Positions 10,731 through 22,610 of a stretch of 64,000 bases of DNA are shown piece after piece (the stretch's first letter is position 1; every line of letters starts with the position of its first letter). The notes beneath the pieces were generated by a model. The model ran no database searches. It was not told where the DNA came from and saw nothing but the letters and a program-made list of their open reading frames with translations. The stretch is from positions 1,952,001-2,016,000 of the forward strand of contig OZ240241.1 of assembly GCA_965198115.1 (NCBI GenBank), given 5' to 3'. Source of the DNA: Candidatus Latescibacterota bacterium (GTDB lineage Bacteria; Latescibacterota; UBA2968). The translations under genes were made by a program, and so were the position numbers.

Positions 10731-13700
10731 CTACGCGTTGATTGGGGGTAGTCCGACACTCTCGGCGACCTCCTCTTCCTGCTCTGGCAACACCGGCTCC
10801 TCGTCGAGAGGCTTGGCCTCGATCGAGCGGTAGGCTTCCGCACCCGTGCCGGCTGGAATCAGGTGACCGATGATCACGTTTTCTTTCAAACCGAGCAACC
10901 GGTCCACCTTGCCCTGTACCGCCGCTTCGGTCAGGACGCGCGTCGTCTCCTGGAAAGAGGCCGCGGAAATGAAGCTCTCGGTCATCAGCGAAGCTTTTGT
11001 GATGCCGAGCAGAACCGGCTCGAACGTCGCAGGATCTCCACCCTCCTCGATCACCTTGTCGTTCTCGTCGCGGAACCGGAACCGGTCGACGATCTCCCCC
11101 TCCAGGAAGTTCGTGTCACCAGGATCGGTTACCTGAACCTTTTGCAGCATCTGCCGGACGACCGTCTCGATGTGTTTGTCGTCGATCTTCACACCCTGAA
11201 GCAGGTAGACGGCCTGAATCTCGCTAACCAGATACTCCTGGACCTTCTGAATACCCTGAATCCGCAGGATATCGTGCGGAATGACCGATCCCTCGGACAG
11301 ACGTTCACCCGCCAGGACTCGATCTCCCTCCTGAACCCGTAAGTGCTTGCCATACGGAATCGTATACTTGCGCTCCTCGCCGTCGTCCGACGTCACGTGG
11401 ACCACACGGGAACCCCGGACCAGACCCCCGAAGCTGACCGTGCCGTCGATCTCGGACACCACCGCAGGGTCCTTGGGCCGGCGAGCCTCGAACAGCTCGG
11501 CCACACGCGGCAAACCCCCGGTGATGTCTCGTGTTTTGCTGCGCTCGCGCGAGATCTTGGCCAGCGTATCTCCCGATTCGACTGCCTGGCCGTCGTGGAC
11601 AACCAGCCTGGCCCCGAGTGGCAGGATATATTGTCCGAGCTCCTCGCCCGACTTGCCGACCACGACGATTCTGGGCGACAGGGTCCGGTCTCTGTGTTCG
11701 ACGACGACCTGCGCGGCCATGCCCGTCGTCTCGTCCGCCTCTTCGCGGTAGGTGACGCCCTCGACCAGGTCCACGAACTGAAGGGTACCGGTCTGGAGCG
11801 TGAGGATGTTGTTGTTGTAGGGATCCCATTCGTAGAGCACACCGTCACCATCGACGTGATCACCATCCTCGACGCGCAAGATCGCCCCGAACGGCACGTG
11901 ATAGTGCCCGCCACGGGGTCGGCCCTGGTCGTCCTGAACCTCGATCTCGCCGTTGCGCGTGATCACAACCGAGCGGCCATCCCCTCGCTCTGCAACACGA
12001 AGGTTCTTGAACAGAACCGTGCCCTCGCGCTTCGCTGTGATCTCGGCCTGTTCGGCGATGCGGCTCGACGTGCCGCCGATGTGGAAGGTTCGTAGCGTCA
12101 GCTGCGTACCGGGTTCGCCCACGCTCTGCGCGGCGATGACACCCACGGCTTCACCCGTATCGACGATCCTGCCGGTCGCCGGATTCCGCCCGTAGCACTT
12201 GGCACAGACGCCACGGCGTGTTTCACACGTGAGCACCGACCGGACGAAAACGGTCTCGACACCGGCGTCGGCGATCTTGGCGGCCAGCGCCTGGTCCAGC
12301 AACGTGCCGGCATCGACGATCACCTCGTTCGAAATCGGGTCGAAGACGTCGTCCTGCACGGTACGCCCCACGATCCGATCGGCCAACGACTCGACGATCT
12401 CTTCGCCGTCCTTCAGGGCCGTCATTTCGATTCCGAGGATCGTTCCGCAGTCGTCTTCGGTGATGACCATGTCCTGCGCCACATCGACCATTCGGCGCGT
12501 CAGATACCCGGCCTCGGCGGTTTTGAGCGCCGTATCGGCCAGACCCTTTCTCGCGCCGTGGGTTGAAATGAAATACTCGAGGACGTTCAGGCCCTCCTTG
12601 AACGAGGCGATGATCGGCGTCTCGATAATCTCGCCGATCGCCCCCGTCAGCTTCTTTTGGGGTTTGTTCATCAGACCCCGCATACCGCCCAGCTGTTTGA
12701 CCTGATCGTCGCTGCCGCGGGCCTTGGAGTCCTTCATGATGTAAATCGGATTAAACCCATCCTGATCCTTCTCCAGGACCTCGTTCATCACCATGGCGAT
12801 GTTGTTCGTCGTATGCTGCCAGACGTCGATCACCTTGTTGTAGCGCTCGCCCTCAGTGATCACGCCCATCGCATACTGATCCATGATCTTCCCGACTTCG
12901 GTCTTGGCCCGATCGATCAGCGTATCCTTCTGCGGCGGCACCACGACGTCTTCCATGGAGATCGTCAGTCCCGACCGGGTCGCGTACTCGTAGCCCAGAT
13001 CCTTCAACCCATCCAAGAAGTCGGCCGTTACACGGTTTCCGTAGGCCTTGTGAACGTCGCTCGACACGCGCACGATCACACCCTTGTCGACGACCTCGTT
13101 CACGTAGGGCACCTTTTCGGGAACGACGGAATTGAACACGACACGACCCGCCGTTGTGATCATCACCTCGCCCGCGATCCGGACTTTGATCGCCTCGTGA
13201 AGCGCGATCTGACCGTAGTCGTAGGCCATCAGGGCTTCGTCTTCCGACGCGAATGTCCGCAGCTGATCGTCCTCGCTTCCGTGGACGATCTTCGTCAGGT
13301 AGTAGCACCCCATGGCAATATCGTGAGGCTTGTCGACGACAACCGGGGACCCGTCGGCCGGCTTGAGCAGGTTGTTCGACGACAGCATCAGCAGACGCGC
13401 CTCGATCTGGGCCTCGAACGACAGCGGCACGTGAACCGCCATCTGGTCGCCATCGAAATCGGCATTGAACGCCGAACACACGAGCGGATGCACGCGGATC
13501 GCCTTGCCCTCGACAAGGACGGGCTGGAAGGCCTGGATACCCAGACGGTGGAGGGTCGGAGCCCGGTTCAGAAGGACGTAGTGGTCCTGGATGATTTCTT
13601 CCAGGATGTCCCATACCTCCAGGCGCTCGCGCTCGACCAGTTTTTTGGCGCTCTTGACAGTCTGAACGAGCCCCTTCTCCTCGAGTCGACGGATGATGAA

Positions 13701-14825
13701 CGGCTTGAACAGTTCGAGGGCCATGTGCTTGGGCAGCCCGCACTGGTGCAACCGCAAATGCGGGTCGACCACAATCACCGAGCGTCCAGAATAGTCGACG
13801 CGCTTCCCGAGCAGGTTTTGACGGAACCGGCCCTGCTTGCCCTTGAGAAGGTCCGAAAGCGATTTGAGCGAACGGTTTCCATCCCCACGAACGGCGCGCG
13901 ACCGACGACCGTTGTCGAACAACGCGTCGACGGCTTCCTGCAGCATGCGCTTCTCGTTCCGCAGGATGACCTCAGGCGCCTTGATGTCCATCAGCTTCTT
14001 CAGCCGGTTGTTTCGGTTGATCACACGTCGATACAGGTCGTTCAGGTCGGACGTGGCGAACCGCCCTCCCTCGAGCGGCACGAGGGGACGAAGATCCGGG
14101 GGAATCACCGGGATGACGTCCAGGACCATCCAGTCCGGACGGTTGTCCGACTGGCGAAACGCCTCGACCACCTTCAGTCGCTTCAGCGCTTCTTGTTTGC
14201 GCTGAACCGAGGTCTCCATGCGCGCTTGCGTGCGCAGCTCCGCCGACAGCTCTTCGATGTCGATCGAGCCGAAAAGGCGTTTTACGGCATCGGCACCCAT
14301 GTCGACTTTGAAGTTGTATCCCTTTTCCTGCAGGTCCATCACGTCATCTTCCGACAGGAGGTCCTTGAACTTCAAGTCGGGCGCATCTCCGGGATCGAGC
14401 ACGACATACGACTCGTAATAGATGACGCGTTCGAGATTGCGAATCGACATGTCGAGCAGGTAGCCCATGCGAGAAGGCAACGATTTGAAATACCAGATGT
14501 GCGTCACCGGTACGGCCAGCTCGATATGACCCAGACGCTCGCGACGCACCTTCGACTGCGTCACCTCCACGCCACAGCGATCGCAGACCACACCCCGGTA
14601 GCGGATGCGCTTATACTTTCCGCAATGGCATTCCCAGTCCTTGACCGGTCCGAAGATGCGCTCACAAAAGAGACCGTCACGCTCGGGCTTGAACGAGCGG
14701 TAGTTGATCGTCTCGGGCTTAGTCACCTCGCCGCGTGACCAGCTTCGAATGGTCTCCGGCGAAGCGAGCTGAATACGGATGCTGCTGAAGTCGGTGGGTC
14801 GCTTGGATGTATTCTGATCTGCCAC
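10731..14825 (-). CDS. rpoC: RNA polymerase beta' subunit
   Basis: [12 protein letters not shown] catalytic motif, zinc fingers, 1364 aa. Confidence 0.99.
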   Translation of the reverse strand: MADQNTSKRPTDFSSIRIQLASPETIRSWSRGEVTKPETINYRSFKPERDGLFCERIFGPVKDWECHCGKYKRIRYRGVVCDRCGVEVTQSKVRRERLGHIELAVPVTHIWYFKSLPSRMGYLLDMSIRNLERVIYYESYVVLDPGDAPDLKFKDLLSEDDVMDLQEKGYNFKVDMGADAVKRLFGSIDIEELSAELRTQARMETSVQRKQEALKRLKVVEAFRQSDNRPDWMVLDVIPVIPPDLRPLVPLEGGRFATSDLNDLYRRVINRNNRLKKLMDIKAPEVILRNEKRMLQEAVDALFDNGRRSRAVRGDGNRSLKSLSDLLKGKQGRFRQNLLGKRVDYSGRSVIVVDPHLRLHQCGLPKHMALELFKPFIIRRLEEKGLVQTVKSAKKLVERERLEVWDILEEIIQDHYVLLNRAPTLHRLGIQAFQPVLVEGKAIRVHPLVCSAFNADFDGDQMAVHVPLSFEAQIEARLLMLSSNNLLKPADGSPVVVDKPHDIAMGCYYLTKIVHGSEDDQLRTFASEDEALMAYDYGQIALHEAIKVRIAGEVMITTAGRVVFNSVVPEKVPYVNEVVDKGVIVRVSSDVHKAYGNRVTADFLDGLKDLGYEYATRSGLTISMEDVVVPPQKDTLIDRAKTEVGKIMDQYAMGVITEGERYNKVIDVWQHTTNNIAMVMNEVLEKDQDGFNPIYIMKDSKARGSDDQVKQLGGMRGLMNKPQKKLTGAIGEIIETPIIASFKEGLNVLEYFISTHGARKGLADTALKTAEAGYLTRRMVDVAQDMVITEDDCGTILGIEMTALKDGEEIVESLADRIVGRTVQDDVFDPISNEVIVDAGTLLDQALAAKIADAGVETVFVRSVLTCETRRGVCAKCYGRNPATGRIVDTGEAVGVIAAQSVGEPGTQLTLRTFHIGGTSSRIAEQAEITAKREGTVLFKNLRVAERGDGRSVVITRNGEIEVQDDQGRPRGGHYHVPFGAILRVEDGDHVDGDGVLYEWDPYNNNILTLQTGTLQFVDLVEGVTYREEADETTGMAAQVVVEHRDRTLSPRIVVVGKSGEELGQYILPLGARLVVHDGQAVESGDTLAKISRERSKTRDITGGLPRVAELFEARRPKDPAVVSEIDGTVSFGGLVRGSRVVHVTSDDGEERKYTIPYGKHLRVQEGDRVLAGERLSEGSVIPHDILRIQGIQKVQEYLVSEIQAVYLLQGVKIDDKHIETVVRQMLQKVQVTDPGDTNFLEGEIVDRFRFRDENDKVIEEGGDPATFEPVLLGITKASLMTESFISAASFQETTRVLTEAAVQGKVDRLLGLKENVIIGHLIPAGTGAEAYRSIEAKPLDEEPVLPEQEEEVAESVGLPPINA

Positions 14826-14867
14826 GTCAATCCCCCTTTAAGCGATCGTTGAATCGGTGTCCCGAAC

Positions 14868-17800
14868 TCAGTCTGCGGCCTGGCCGTCTTCCAGGATCAC
14901 GTCCAGACACAGACTCTGGAGTTCCTTGACGAGCACGTTGAAGGATTCGGGAACACCCGGCTCGGGCGGGTTTTCCCCCTTCACGATCGCTTCGTAAATC
15001 TTGGAACGTCCCGCGACATCGTCCGATTTTACCGTCAGCATTTCCTGCAGCATGTGTGCGGCGCCGTAGGCTTCGAGCGCCCACACCTCCATCTCTCCGA
15101 ATCGCTGCCCACCGAACTGGGCCTTTCCGCCCAGCGGCTGCTGCGTGACCAGCGAGTAGGGGCCGATCGATCGGGCGTGCATCTTGTCGCTCACGAGGTG
15201 CGACAGCTTGAGCATGTAGATGTAGCCCACCATGACTTCCTTGTCGAACGGATCGCCTGTCCTCCCGTCGTAAAGAACCGACTTCCCCGAACCTGGCAGA
15301 CCGGCATCGCTCAACGCGGTTCGGATCTCCTCGAGCGATGCGCCGTCGAACACCGGTGTGGCCATGTGGGTGCCCAGCGCGTGTGCGGCCCAGCCCAAGT
15401 GGGTCTCCAGGATCTGTCCCAGGTTCATCCGCGATGGCACACCCAGCGGGTTCAGAATGAGGTCGATCGGTGTCCCGTCGGGCATGTAGGGCATGTCTTC
15501 TTCGGGCACGATGATCGAAACGACACCCTTATTCCCGTGTCGACCGGCCATCTTGTCGCCGACCATCAGCTTGCGCTTTCGTGCGACGTAGACCTTGACC
15601 AGCTGGACGATCCCCGGTGGAAGCTCGTCGCCACGCTGGATCTTTTCGAGATCGCGCTCCAACTCATCCTCGGCCTGACGCTCCAGGTCGAGCGACAACT
15701 CGACCAGCCGCGCAATCTTCCGGTTCGTTTGCAGATTGTCGGCCCACTGTTCTTCGGGGCGGTGCTTTCTGAAGTCCAGTTTCTCGAGTACGCGGTCGGT
15801 AAAAACCGTTCCCGATCGCACGACGACCGAGTCGTCCTCGATGTCGCGAATCGTGTTGACCCGCTCCCCGTCGATGAGGGCCAGGACCTGCTCGTTCCGG
15901 CTCTCCTCGATCGACCGAATGCGGTCGGCCGCGTCCTTTCTGGCGGCATTGCTCCTTTCCCGGTCGGCCTTGCGCGTTTTCTCGTCGCGTTCCTTCCGGG
16001 AAAAGACCTTGCGGTCCATCACAACACCATCCATCCCCGGCGGGGCTTTGAGCGATGCGTCTCGCACGTCTCCGGCCTTCTCCCCAAAAATGGCCCGGAG
16101 CAGCCGCTCCTCCGGCGACAGTTCGGTCTCGCCCTTGGGCGTCACCTTCCCGACCAGAATGTCACCCGATCCGACCTCGGCGCCGACACGAATGATACCG
16201 TGCTCATCGAGGTTGGCGACCGCCTGCTCGCTCACATTCGGAATCTCTCGGGTGATCTCCTCGGTGCCGCGCTTGGTATCGCGAACCTGGAGCTCGAACT
16301 CTTCGATGTGGATGGACGTGAAGATGTCCCTCTTGATCAGTCGCTCTGAGACGATGATCGCGTCCTCGAAGTTGTAACCGTTCCAAGACATGAAGGCGCA
16401 CAGGACGTTGGCTCCCAGCGCCAGGTCGCCCCGGTCAGTGGCCGCGCCGTCGGCGAGCACCTGGCCCTCTTCGACTCGATCGCCCGTCTTCACGATGGGC
16501 TTTTGGTTGATGCACATGTCCTGGTTGGAGCGTTTAAACTTTGTGAGGTCGTAAATGTCCTCATCCGTCAAACCCACGAGCTCACCGGCTCGATTCCGCC
16601 GGTGCTTGATGATAATTCGGTCGGCACTCACGTAAGACACTGTGCCGGCGTGGGCGGCCGACACAACGGCCTTCGAGTCGATGGCCACCTTCCGTTCCAT
16701 CCCAGTACCGACGTAGGGAGCGTCCGTACGCAGCAGCGGAACAGCCTGGCGCTGCATGTTCGATCCCATCAGGGCTCGGTTGGCGTCGTCGTGTTCGAGG
16801 AACGGAATGAGTGCAGCAGCCGCACTCACGAGTTGGCACGGCGAAACGTCCATGTAGCCTATATCGCCGGGCGGCAGGACCGGATAGTCCGCACGTCGAC
16901 GCACCTGTATCAGGTCCCCCTCGAACCGCCCGCGCCCATCGACCGGCGCGTTGGCCTGCGCAACGATCTGCTTGTCTTCCTGATCCGCGGTCAAATACTC
17001 GACCGACTCCCCGACCCGACCGCCTTCGACTCTTCGATAGGGCGTCTCGAGAAAGCCAAACGGGTTGACCTTGGCGTAGGTGGACAACGACGCGATCAGA
17101 CCGATGTTCGGGCCCTCAGGCGTCTCGATCGGGCAAATCCGGCCGTAGTGGGTGTGGTGCACGTCACGCACTTCGAAACCGGCGCGATCGCGTGTTAAAC
17201 CACCCGGCCCGAGGGCGGAGAGCCGTCTCTTGTGGGTCAGTTCATCGAGGGGATTCGTCTGTTGCAAGAACTGCGACAGCTGGCTGCTTCCGAAGAACGC
17301 CTGAACCACGGTCGAAACGGTCCGGGCGTTGACTAGGTCGTGCGGCGTCAGCTGGTCTGAATCACGCAGACTCATTCGCTCCCGAATCGTACGTGCCATA
17401 CGCGAAAGGCCGATCGAGAACTGGTTACCGAGGAGTTCGCCCACCGATCGTACACGCCGGTTGCCCAAGTGATCGATGTCATCCGTGTAGCCCTCGCCCT
17501 TAAACAGGACAATGATGTATCGGATCACCTTCAGAAAATCTTCGATGCAGAGCGTCGTAAAATCGAGGGGGATGTTCATGTCGAGCCGCTCGTTCATTCG
17601 ATACCGGCCGACGTCGCCCAGATGGTAGCGTCGCGGGCTGAAGAACTGACGTTCGAGCAGGCCGCGAGCCGTTTCGATGTTGGGCGGGTCCCCCGGCCGC
17701 AGGAGGCTGTAGATTCGGGACAGGGCTTCTTCGTCGTTGTCGCAGGGGTCCTTGGCCAGCGTATTCGAAATCACTCCGGCGTCGTCTTCGGGGTTCACGT

Positions 17801-18641
17801 CGATGACCCGAAGCTTGCGGATTTTCGCGGCCGTGAGCGCTTCGAGATGCTCCTCCGTGATCGTCGTGAACGCCTCCGCGATCACCTCACCCGACTTCTT
17901 GTCGACGATGTCATCGAGGGTCACTTCACCCACGACTTCTTCGTCGAACTTGATCTCCTTGTCCTCGTGGAACATCCAGAGGATTTCTTCGCTGCGGCCG
18001 TAGCCGAGTGCGCGCAGGAACGTGGAGACGGGAAGCTTTCGCTTCCGGTCGATGTGGACATACATGATGTCGTTGATGTCCAGACTGAACTCGAGCCACG
18101 CGCCCTTGTATGGGATGATTCGCGCGGAGAAAAGGCGCTTTCCGTTCGGATGGATATTTTCGTCGAAGAAAACGCCTGGCGAGCGGTGTAGCTGGCTGAC
18201 GATCACGCGCTCAGATCCGTTGATGATGAACGTACCCTCGCCCGTCATCAACGGCAGTTCGCCCAGGAAGACCGTCTGTTCGACGATGTCCTTCACGCGG
18301 AATTCGTTGTCTCCCAGTTTCTCACGGGCAACCAGTCGAAGTGTGGCCCGAAGGGGGGCCGCGTAGGTCGTGCCCCGCTCGAGGCACTCTTCGACCTCGT
18401 ATTTGGGTGTTCCGATCGAGTAGTCGACGAACTCGAGCGAGAACAGGTTGTGAACGTCCGTGATGGGAAAGATGCTGGTGAAGACGGCCTGCAGACCCTG
18501 ATTTTGCCGCTCACTCGGGAGCAATGCCCGCTGCAGAAAGCCGTTGTAGGAGTGTAACTGAATGTCCAGCAGGTTCGGCATGTCGATGGCGGCCGCCAGG
18601 CTGCCATAGGTTCTTCTCTCGATATATCCGTTTTCGGCCAA
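14868..18641 (-). CDS. rpoB: RNA polymerase beta subunit
   Basis: [29 protein letters not shown]; TTG start at 18641 with AGGAG RBS. Confidence 0.99.
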   Translation of the reverse strand: MAENGYIERRTYGSLAAAIDMPNLLDIQLHSYNGFLQRALLPSERQNQGLQAVFTSIFPITDVHNLFSLEFVDYSIGTPKYEVEECLERGTTYAAPLRATLRLVAREKLGDNEFRVKDIVEQTVFLGELPLMTGEGTFIINGSERVIVSQLHRSPGVFFDENIHPNGKRLFSARIIPYKGAWLEFSLDINDIMYVHIDRKRKLPVSTFLRALGYGRSEEILWMFHEDKEIKFDEEVVGEVTLDDIVDKKSGEVIAEAFTTITEEHLEALTAAKIRKLRVIDVNPEDDAGVISNTLAKDPCDNDEEALSRIYSLLRPGDPPNIETARGLLERQFFSPRRYHLGDVGRYRMNERLDMNIPLDFTTLCIEDFLKVIRYIIVLFKGEGYTDDIDHLGNRRVRSVGELLGNQFSIGLSRMARTIRERMSLRDSDQLTPHDLVNARTVSTVVQAFFGSSQLSQFLQQTNPLDELTHKRRLSALGPGGLTRDRAGFEVRDVHHTHYGRICPIETPEGPNIGLIASLSTYAKVNPFGFLETPYRRVEGGRVGESVEYLTADQEDKQIVAQANAPVDGRGRFEGDLIQVRRRADYPVLPPGDIGYMDVSPCQLVSAAAALIPFLEHDDANRALMGSNMQRQAVPLLRTDAPYVGTGMERKVAIDSKAVVSAAHAGTVSYVSADRIIIKHRRNRAGELVGLTDEDIYDLTKFKRSNQDMCINQKPIVKTGDRVEEGQVLADGAATDRGDLALGANVLCAFMSWNGYNFEDAIIVSERLIKRDIFTSIHIEEFELQVRDTKRGTEEITREIPNVSEQAVANLDEHGIIRVGAEVGSGDILVGKVTPKGETELSPEERLLRAIFGEKAGDVRDASLKAPPGMDGVVMDRKVFSRKERDEKTRKADRERSNAARKDAADRIRSIEESRNEQVLALIDGERVNTIRDIEDDSVVVRSGTVFTDRVLEKLDFRKHRPEEQWADNLQTNRKIARLVELSLDLERQAEDELERDLEKIQRGDELPPGIVQLVKVYVARKRKLMVGDKMAGRHGNKGVVSIIVPEEDMPYMPDGTPIDLILNPLGVPSRMNLGQILETHLGWAAHALGTHMATPVFDGASLEEIRTALSDAGLPGSGKSVLYDGRTGDPFDKEVMVGYIYMLKLSHLVSDKMHARSIGPYSLVTQQPLGGKAQFGGQRFGEMEVWALEAYGAAHMLQEMLTVKSDDVAGRSKIYEAIVKGENPPEPGVPESFNVLVKELQSLCLDVILEDGQAAD

Positions 18642-18670
18642 GGTCGCTCTCCTGTGGTGGGGTTCAGACC

Positions 18671-18711
18671 AAAGGCCGGGAACACGGAATCCACTCGGAT
18701 CCGGCCCGGCC
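18671..18711 (-). terminator. Putative attenuator hairpin between rplL and rpoB
   Basis: Minus strand GGCCGGG...CCCGGCC stem followed by TTT; same position as the E. coli rpoB attenuator. Confidence 0.45.
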
Positions 18712-18739
18712 AACAGTCGTCGACGTCGAGGTTCAAGTC

Positions 18740-19117
18740 CTACTTGACCTCGACCACAGCCCCTACCTCTTCGAGTTCCTTCTTGATTTCCTCGGCCTCA
18801 TCCTTGCTCACCCCCTCCTTAACCGGGTTGGGTGCACCATCGACGAGCGCCTTGGCCTCCTTGAGGCCAAGGTTGGTGATGCTCCGGACGACCTTGATCA
18901 CCTGGATCTTCTTGTCACCTGCTGCAGACAGGATGACGTCGAACTCGGACTGCTCTTCGGCTGCGCCGCCCTCGGCGGCAGGTCCGCCGGCCGCCGGGGC
19001 CGCAACAACGGCCGCCTGCGCAGAGACCCCGAACTTCTCTTCGAGCGCTTTCACCAGCTCGGCCAACTCGAGCACAGAAAGCTTCTCGATCTCTTCAATG
19101 ATGTTTTCTACGGCCAT
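18740..19117 (-). CDS. rplL: 50S ribosomal protein L7/L12
   Basis: [21 protein letters not shown]...[19 protein letters not shown]; GGAGG RBS fits ATG 19117. Confidence 0.98.
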   Translation of the reverse strand: MAVENIIEEIEKLSVLELAELVKALEEKFGVSAQAAVVAAPAAGGPAAEGGAAEEQSEFDVILSAAGDKKIQVIKVVRSITNLGLKEAKALVDGAPNPVKEGVSKDEAEEIKKELEEVGAVVEVK

Positions 19118-19203
19118 CTGGGACATCCTCCATCGGACGAGGGGGTTGTAATGGTTTCCATCAAATGTTTCAGGTTAACTGATTATAAGACAATAGATTA
19201 TGA

Positions 19204-19728
19204 CTATTCGGATTGTTTTTTATCGGCCAGTGCTTGCAACGTGCCTACGAGGCTCTGCAAGAGTCCTGACAGGGCGAACACCAGACCCGAAACCGGACTC
19301 TGAATAGTCGTCACGACCTGCGTGAGCAGAACGTCTCGAGTAGGAAGCTGGGCCAGCGCCTCGACCTGCTCCTCGACGAAGATTTCGCCCTCCAGCAGAC
19401 CCAATTTGACGCGCGGCTTTCCATCCGTGACTTTGGCGAAATCGGAAAGCAGCTTGGCCGGAGCGATCGGATCCTCATCGGTATAAACCAACCCGGTGGG
19501 ACCTTCAAGCGCGCCGAGGAGCCCATCCACGCCGGCTTTCGTCGCAGCCAGCTTTGCGAGCCGGTTCTTCACCACTTTGAAACCAACCTGCTCGGCGAAG
19601 AGCTTCTTCCTCAGCTGGGTAAAGGCCGGAACGTCCAGTCCCGTGAAATCGGCCAGGTAGACGCTCTTGGATTGCTGGAATAGCTCGGCCATCTCTTCGA
19701 CGGCTTGTTCTTTCTCTACGGTCGGCAT
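19204..19728 (-). CDS. rplJ: 50S ribosomal protein L10
   Basis: DFTGLDV..FTQLRK...VVKNRLAK...LAQLPTRDVL. Confidence 0.97.
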   Translation of the reverse strand: MPTVEKEQAVEEMAELFQQSKSVYLADFTGLDVPAFTQLRKKLFAEQVGFKVVKNRLAKLAATKAGVDGLLGALEGPTGLVYTDEDPIAPAKLLSDFAKVTDGKPRVKLGLLEGEIFVEEQVEALAQLPTRDVLLTQVVTTIQSPVSGLVFALSGLLQSLVGTLQALADKKQSE

Positions 19729-19749
19729 GTCGGCCTCAGATTCGCTCGG

Positions 19750-20442
19750 TCAGGATAGGGCGTTACGGTCCAAGCGCACACCCGGGCTCATGGTCTTCGA
19801 GATCGTCGCCGAGCGAACATATTGACCCTTGGATGCAGCGGGCTTGGCCTTGAGAATGATATCGAGGACGGTCTGCAGATTCTCGGCGAGTGCATCGGGC
19901 TCGAACGACGATTTCCCGATCAGCACGTGAATGTTCGACTGCTTGTCGACGCGAAACTCTACACGCCCGGCTTTGGCCTCCTCGACGGCTTTTGCGGGGT
20001 CGGGCGTCACCGTACCGCTCTTGGGGTTCGGCATCAAACCGCGGGGACCGAGCACACGCCCCAGACGACCGACTGTGCCCATCATGTCGGGGGTTGCGAT
20101 CGCAACGTCGAAATCCGTCCACCCCCCTTGAACCCTCTCGGCCAGGTCGTCGGCCCCGACGTGATCGGCCCCGGCCGCTTCAGCAGCAGCGGCCGGCTCA
20201 CCCTTGGCGAACACCACGATGCGGATCGTCTTACCCAACCCTCTCGGGAGGGAGACCGTGCCTCGAACCTGCTGATCGGCGTGACGCGGATCGACACCCA
20301 GTCGCACCGACAATTCGACTGACTCGTCGAATTTCTTCTCGGGCATCTTTTTCAGAATCTCTACTGCTTCGTCGACCGAATACTGCGTCTTTCGGTCGAA
20401 CAACTCACGTGAAGCAGCGTATTTTCTTCCTGATTTGCCCAC
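19750..20442 (-). CDS. rplA: 50S ribosomal protein L1
   Basis: [38 protein letters not shown]. Confidence 0.98.
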   Translation of the reverse strand: MGKSGRKYAASRELFDRKTQYSVDEAVEILKKMPEKKFDESVELSVRLGVDPRHADQQVRGTVSLPRGLGKTIRIVVFAKGEPAAAAEAAGADHVGADDLAERVQGGWTDFDVAIATPDMMGTVGRLGRVLGPRGLMPNPKSGTVTPDPAKAVEEAKAGRVEFRVDKQSNIHVLIGKSSFEPDALAENLQTVLDIILKAKPAASKGQYVRSATISKTMSPGVRLDRNALS

Positions 20443-20460
20443 GATTCCTCCCCCTGGACG

Positions 20461-20943
20461 TTACCCTTCGACGGGTTGAGGTTCGGCCGATGGCTCGACA
20501 GGCAGCGGCTCGACAGGTAGGCCATCGACATTGATGCCCGCGCTTCGCGCCGTGCCCTCGATGATGCGCATGGCGGCCTCGACCGTCTGAGCGTTCAGAT
20601 CGACCATCTTCATTTCTGCGATTTCGCGAACTTGCTCCGGCGTCACCGATCCGACCTTTATCCGGTTCGACTCGGGCGACCCCTTGTCGAGCCCGGCCGC
20701 CTTTTTGAGTAAAACCGCTGCGGGCGGCGTCTTGAGAATGAACGAGAAGCTGCGATCGGCGTATACCGTAATAATGGCCGGGATGATCAGCCCGGCCTTT
20801 TCCTGGGTCTGCGCGTTGAACGCCTTGCAGAATTCCATGATGTTCACACCGTGCTGGCCCAGTGCCGGGCCCACGGGGGGGGTGGGTGTCGCTTGCCCGG
20901 CCGGGATCTGCAGCTTGATCGTCGTGAGGACTTTCTTGGCCAT
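20461..20943 (-). CDS. rplK: 50S ribosomal protein L11 with Pro/Glu-rich C-terminal extension
   Basis: [34 protein letters not shown]. Confidence 0.98.
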   Translation of the reverse strand: MAKKVLTTIKLQIPAGQATPTPPVGPALGQHGVNIMEFCKAFNAQTQEKAGLIIPAIITVYADRSFSFILKTPPAAVLLKKAAGLDKGSPESNRIKVGSVTPEQVREIAEMKMVDLNAQTVEAAMRIIEGTARSAGINVDGLPVEPLPVEPSAEPQPVEG

Positions 20944-20953
20944 GGGTTCCTTT

Positions 20954-21520
20954 TTAGGCTTCGGTGACCGTTTCGACCTGGAGAACGTCCAACTCCACGG
21001 GTGTGTTGCGACCGAAAATGCTGACCATCACCTTGATCTTGCTCTTTTCGGGGTTGATGTCGTCGACCAGACCGATGAAATCGCTAAAAGGTCCGTCGGT
21101 CACCTTGACCCGGTCGCCGATTCGGTAGGGAATCTCGGTCACCTCACGCGTCTGACTGCGGTCGGCCTGCCCGAGAATCCGCTGGACTTCCTCGTCCTGC
21201 AGTGGCTGTGGGCGCCTCCCGGGACCCACGAAGCTCGTGACACCGGGCACGTTGGTCACGAAGTGCAGCGTTTCCTTGTCCATGTCCATTCGGACGAGCA
21301 CGTAGCTGGGAAGGAACTTCTTTTGGGATGTGGTCTTACGGCCGTCTCGCATCTCGACAACTTCTTCGGTGGGAACAACCACTTGCTCGATTTTCTCGTC
21401 GAGCCCTGCCCCGCCTTTGGCATTGTCGATGTAGCTGCACACCTTGTTCTCGTGCCCGGAGTAGGTGTGAACGACATACCATCGTTTTGCCATCGCTGTA
21501 GCCTCGTTGTCCTCGGCCAT
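20954..21520 (-). CDS. nusG: Transcription termination/antitermination factor NusG
   Basis: [47 protein letters not shown]; alternative start 21493. Confidence 0.97.
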   Translation of the reverse strand: MAEDNEATAMAKRWYVVHTYSGHENKVCSYIDNAKGGAGLDEKIEQVVVPTEEVVEMRDGRKTTSQKKFLPSYVLVRMDMDKETLHFVTNVPGVTSFVGPGRRPQPLQDEEVQRILGQADRSQTREVTEIPYRIGDRVKVTDGPFSDFIGLVDDINPEKSKIKVMVSIFGRNTPVELDVLQVETVTEA

Positions 21521-21523
21521 CGG

Positions 21524-21709
21524 TCAGTTGAGGATCTGGTTCATCACGAAGGACAACACCGTGTCAGCCACAAAAATGAACAGGGCCAGTGCCAGAGAAA
21601 CGGTGAGAACCACTGACGTCGAGGTCGTCAATTCGTCTCGGGTGGGCCACGTCACCTTTGCCATCTCGTTCCGGACTTCTTCCAGAAGTCGGGCAATCCT
21701 GCCGAACAT
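21524..21709 (-). CDS. secE: Preprotein translocase subunit SecE
   Basis: EMAKVTWPTRDEL motif plus one TM helix; upstream of nusG. Confidence 0.95.
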   Translation of the reverse strand: MFGRIARLLEEVRNEMAKVTWPTRDELTTSTSVVLTVSLALALFIFVADTVLSFVMNQILN

Positions 21710-21759
21710 TGTGCGATTATCGTCCTGTGTACCGGGCCGGGGAGGACCGAAGTAAAGGG

Positions 21760-21835
21760 TGGCAGGCCAGACAGGAATCGAACCCGTAACCGCCGGTTTT
21801 GGAGACCGGTGCTCTACCAATTGAGCTACTGGCCT
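21760..21835 (-). tRNA. tRNA-Trp (CCA)
   Basis: AGGCCAGTAGCTCAATTGGTAGAGCACCGGTCTCCAAAACCGG...GGTTCGATTCC...GCCA, 76 nt. Confidence 0.97.
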
Positions 21836-21872
21836 ACGCCATTCCCAGGACCGGGGATGCCCCGATCTAACC

Positions 21873-21948
21873 TGGAGCCCACGACCGGACTCGAACCGGT
21901 GACCTCCTCCTTACCAAGGAGGTGCTCTACCGACTGAGCTACATGGGC
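21873..21948 (-). tRNA. tRNA-Thr (GGT)
   Basis: GCCCATGTAGCTCAGTCGGTAGAGCACCTCCTTGGTAAGGAGG...GGTTCGAGTCC...TCCA, 76 nt. Confidence 0.97.
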
Positions 21949-21988
21949 TCGGCAGCCCGATCGTAGTCCCAGACCGAGCTCGCACGAG

Positions 21989-22064
<76 letters not shown>

Positions 22065-22139
22065 CCTAGCAGCATTTTTCTCGGATTGATTGTGACACCT
22101 GGTAATGCGGACAGACCGATGAAAAAACCACAGACTAAA

Positions 22140-22168
22140 AAACTATTAAAGTTACGAAAAAGAGTCAA
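22140..22168 (-). promoter_or_regulatory. Sigma70-type promoter for tRNA-Gly-Thr-Trp-secE-nusG
   Basis: TTGACT, 17 bp spacer, TAGTTT in AT-rich context. Confidence 0.65.
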
Positions 22169-22335
22169 GTGATTTCTTAAGCTTTCCTTTTCCGCAACAA
22201 AAGCTGTAACTCTGGTAAAATAAGCGGCTTGGACCGCGAACTGACGAGGATGGGGAGTCGGTGTTGGGTGGATATTCGGATGGAGTCGCTCCTCCCGGAA
22301 AGCACCCGGGAGGGAGAGACGCGAGAGAAGTTTTT

Positions 22336-22421
22336 TGGTGGGGAGTGGCGGATTCGAACCACCGAAGGCGATAGCCAACAGATTTACAGTCTGCCCCGTT
22401 TGACCGCTCCGGAAACTCCCC
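22336..22421 (-). tRNA. tRNA-Tyr (GTA)
   Basis: GGGGAGTTTCCGGAGCGGTCAAACGGGGCAGACTGTAAATCTG, long variable arm, ...CTCCCCACCA, 86 nt. Confidence 0.97.
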
Positions 22422-22445
22422 ACAAAATTGGCAAATAGGCCGCGT

Positions 22446-22474
22446 AAAATACAGGCCGTGTCAGACCAAGTCAA
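22446..22474 (-). promoter_or_regulatory. Sigma70-type promoter of tRNA-Tyr
   Basis: TTGACT, 17 bp spacer, TATTTT, followed by a GC-rich discriminator. Confidence 0.65.
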
Positions 22475-22511
22475 GCCGATTTTCCCCCATTCTGGCGCTT
22501 CTTCGTCCGAA

Positions 22512-22540
22512 TTGACTTCAGGATCCGGAAGTGATATTAT
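22512..22540 (+). promoter_or_regulatory. Sigma70-type promoter of isomerase gene
   Basis: TTGACT (22512), 17 bp spacer, TATTAT (22535). Confidence 0.65.
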
Positions 22541-22610
22541 TCACGCACTTTTGATGGATCGTCGTCGATCGGCGACGTATTTCAATGCCTCGAAAGGAGC
22601 GTGCGTCCAA

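Noticed and set aside
12657-14738. Long antisense ORFs (693 aa here; also 1951-3393, 15054-16349, 30610-31827, 49512-50747, 61875-63170)
   Set aside because: Shadow frames of GC-rich genes, with no protein-family signal
22065-22335. AT-rich 271-bp spacer between tRNA-Gly and tRNA-Tyr as a MITE or integration scar
   Set aside because: No terminal repeats or duplicated tRNA 3' end seen; explained by a hairpin after tRNA-Tyr and a good sigma70 promoter
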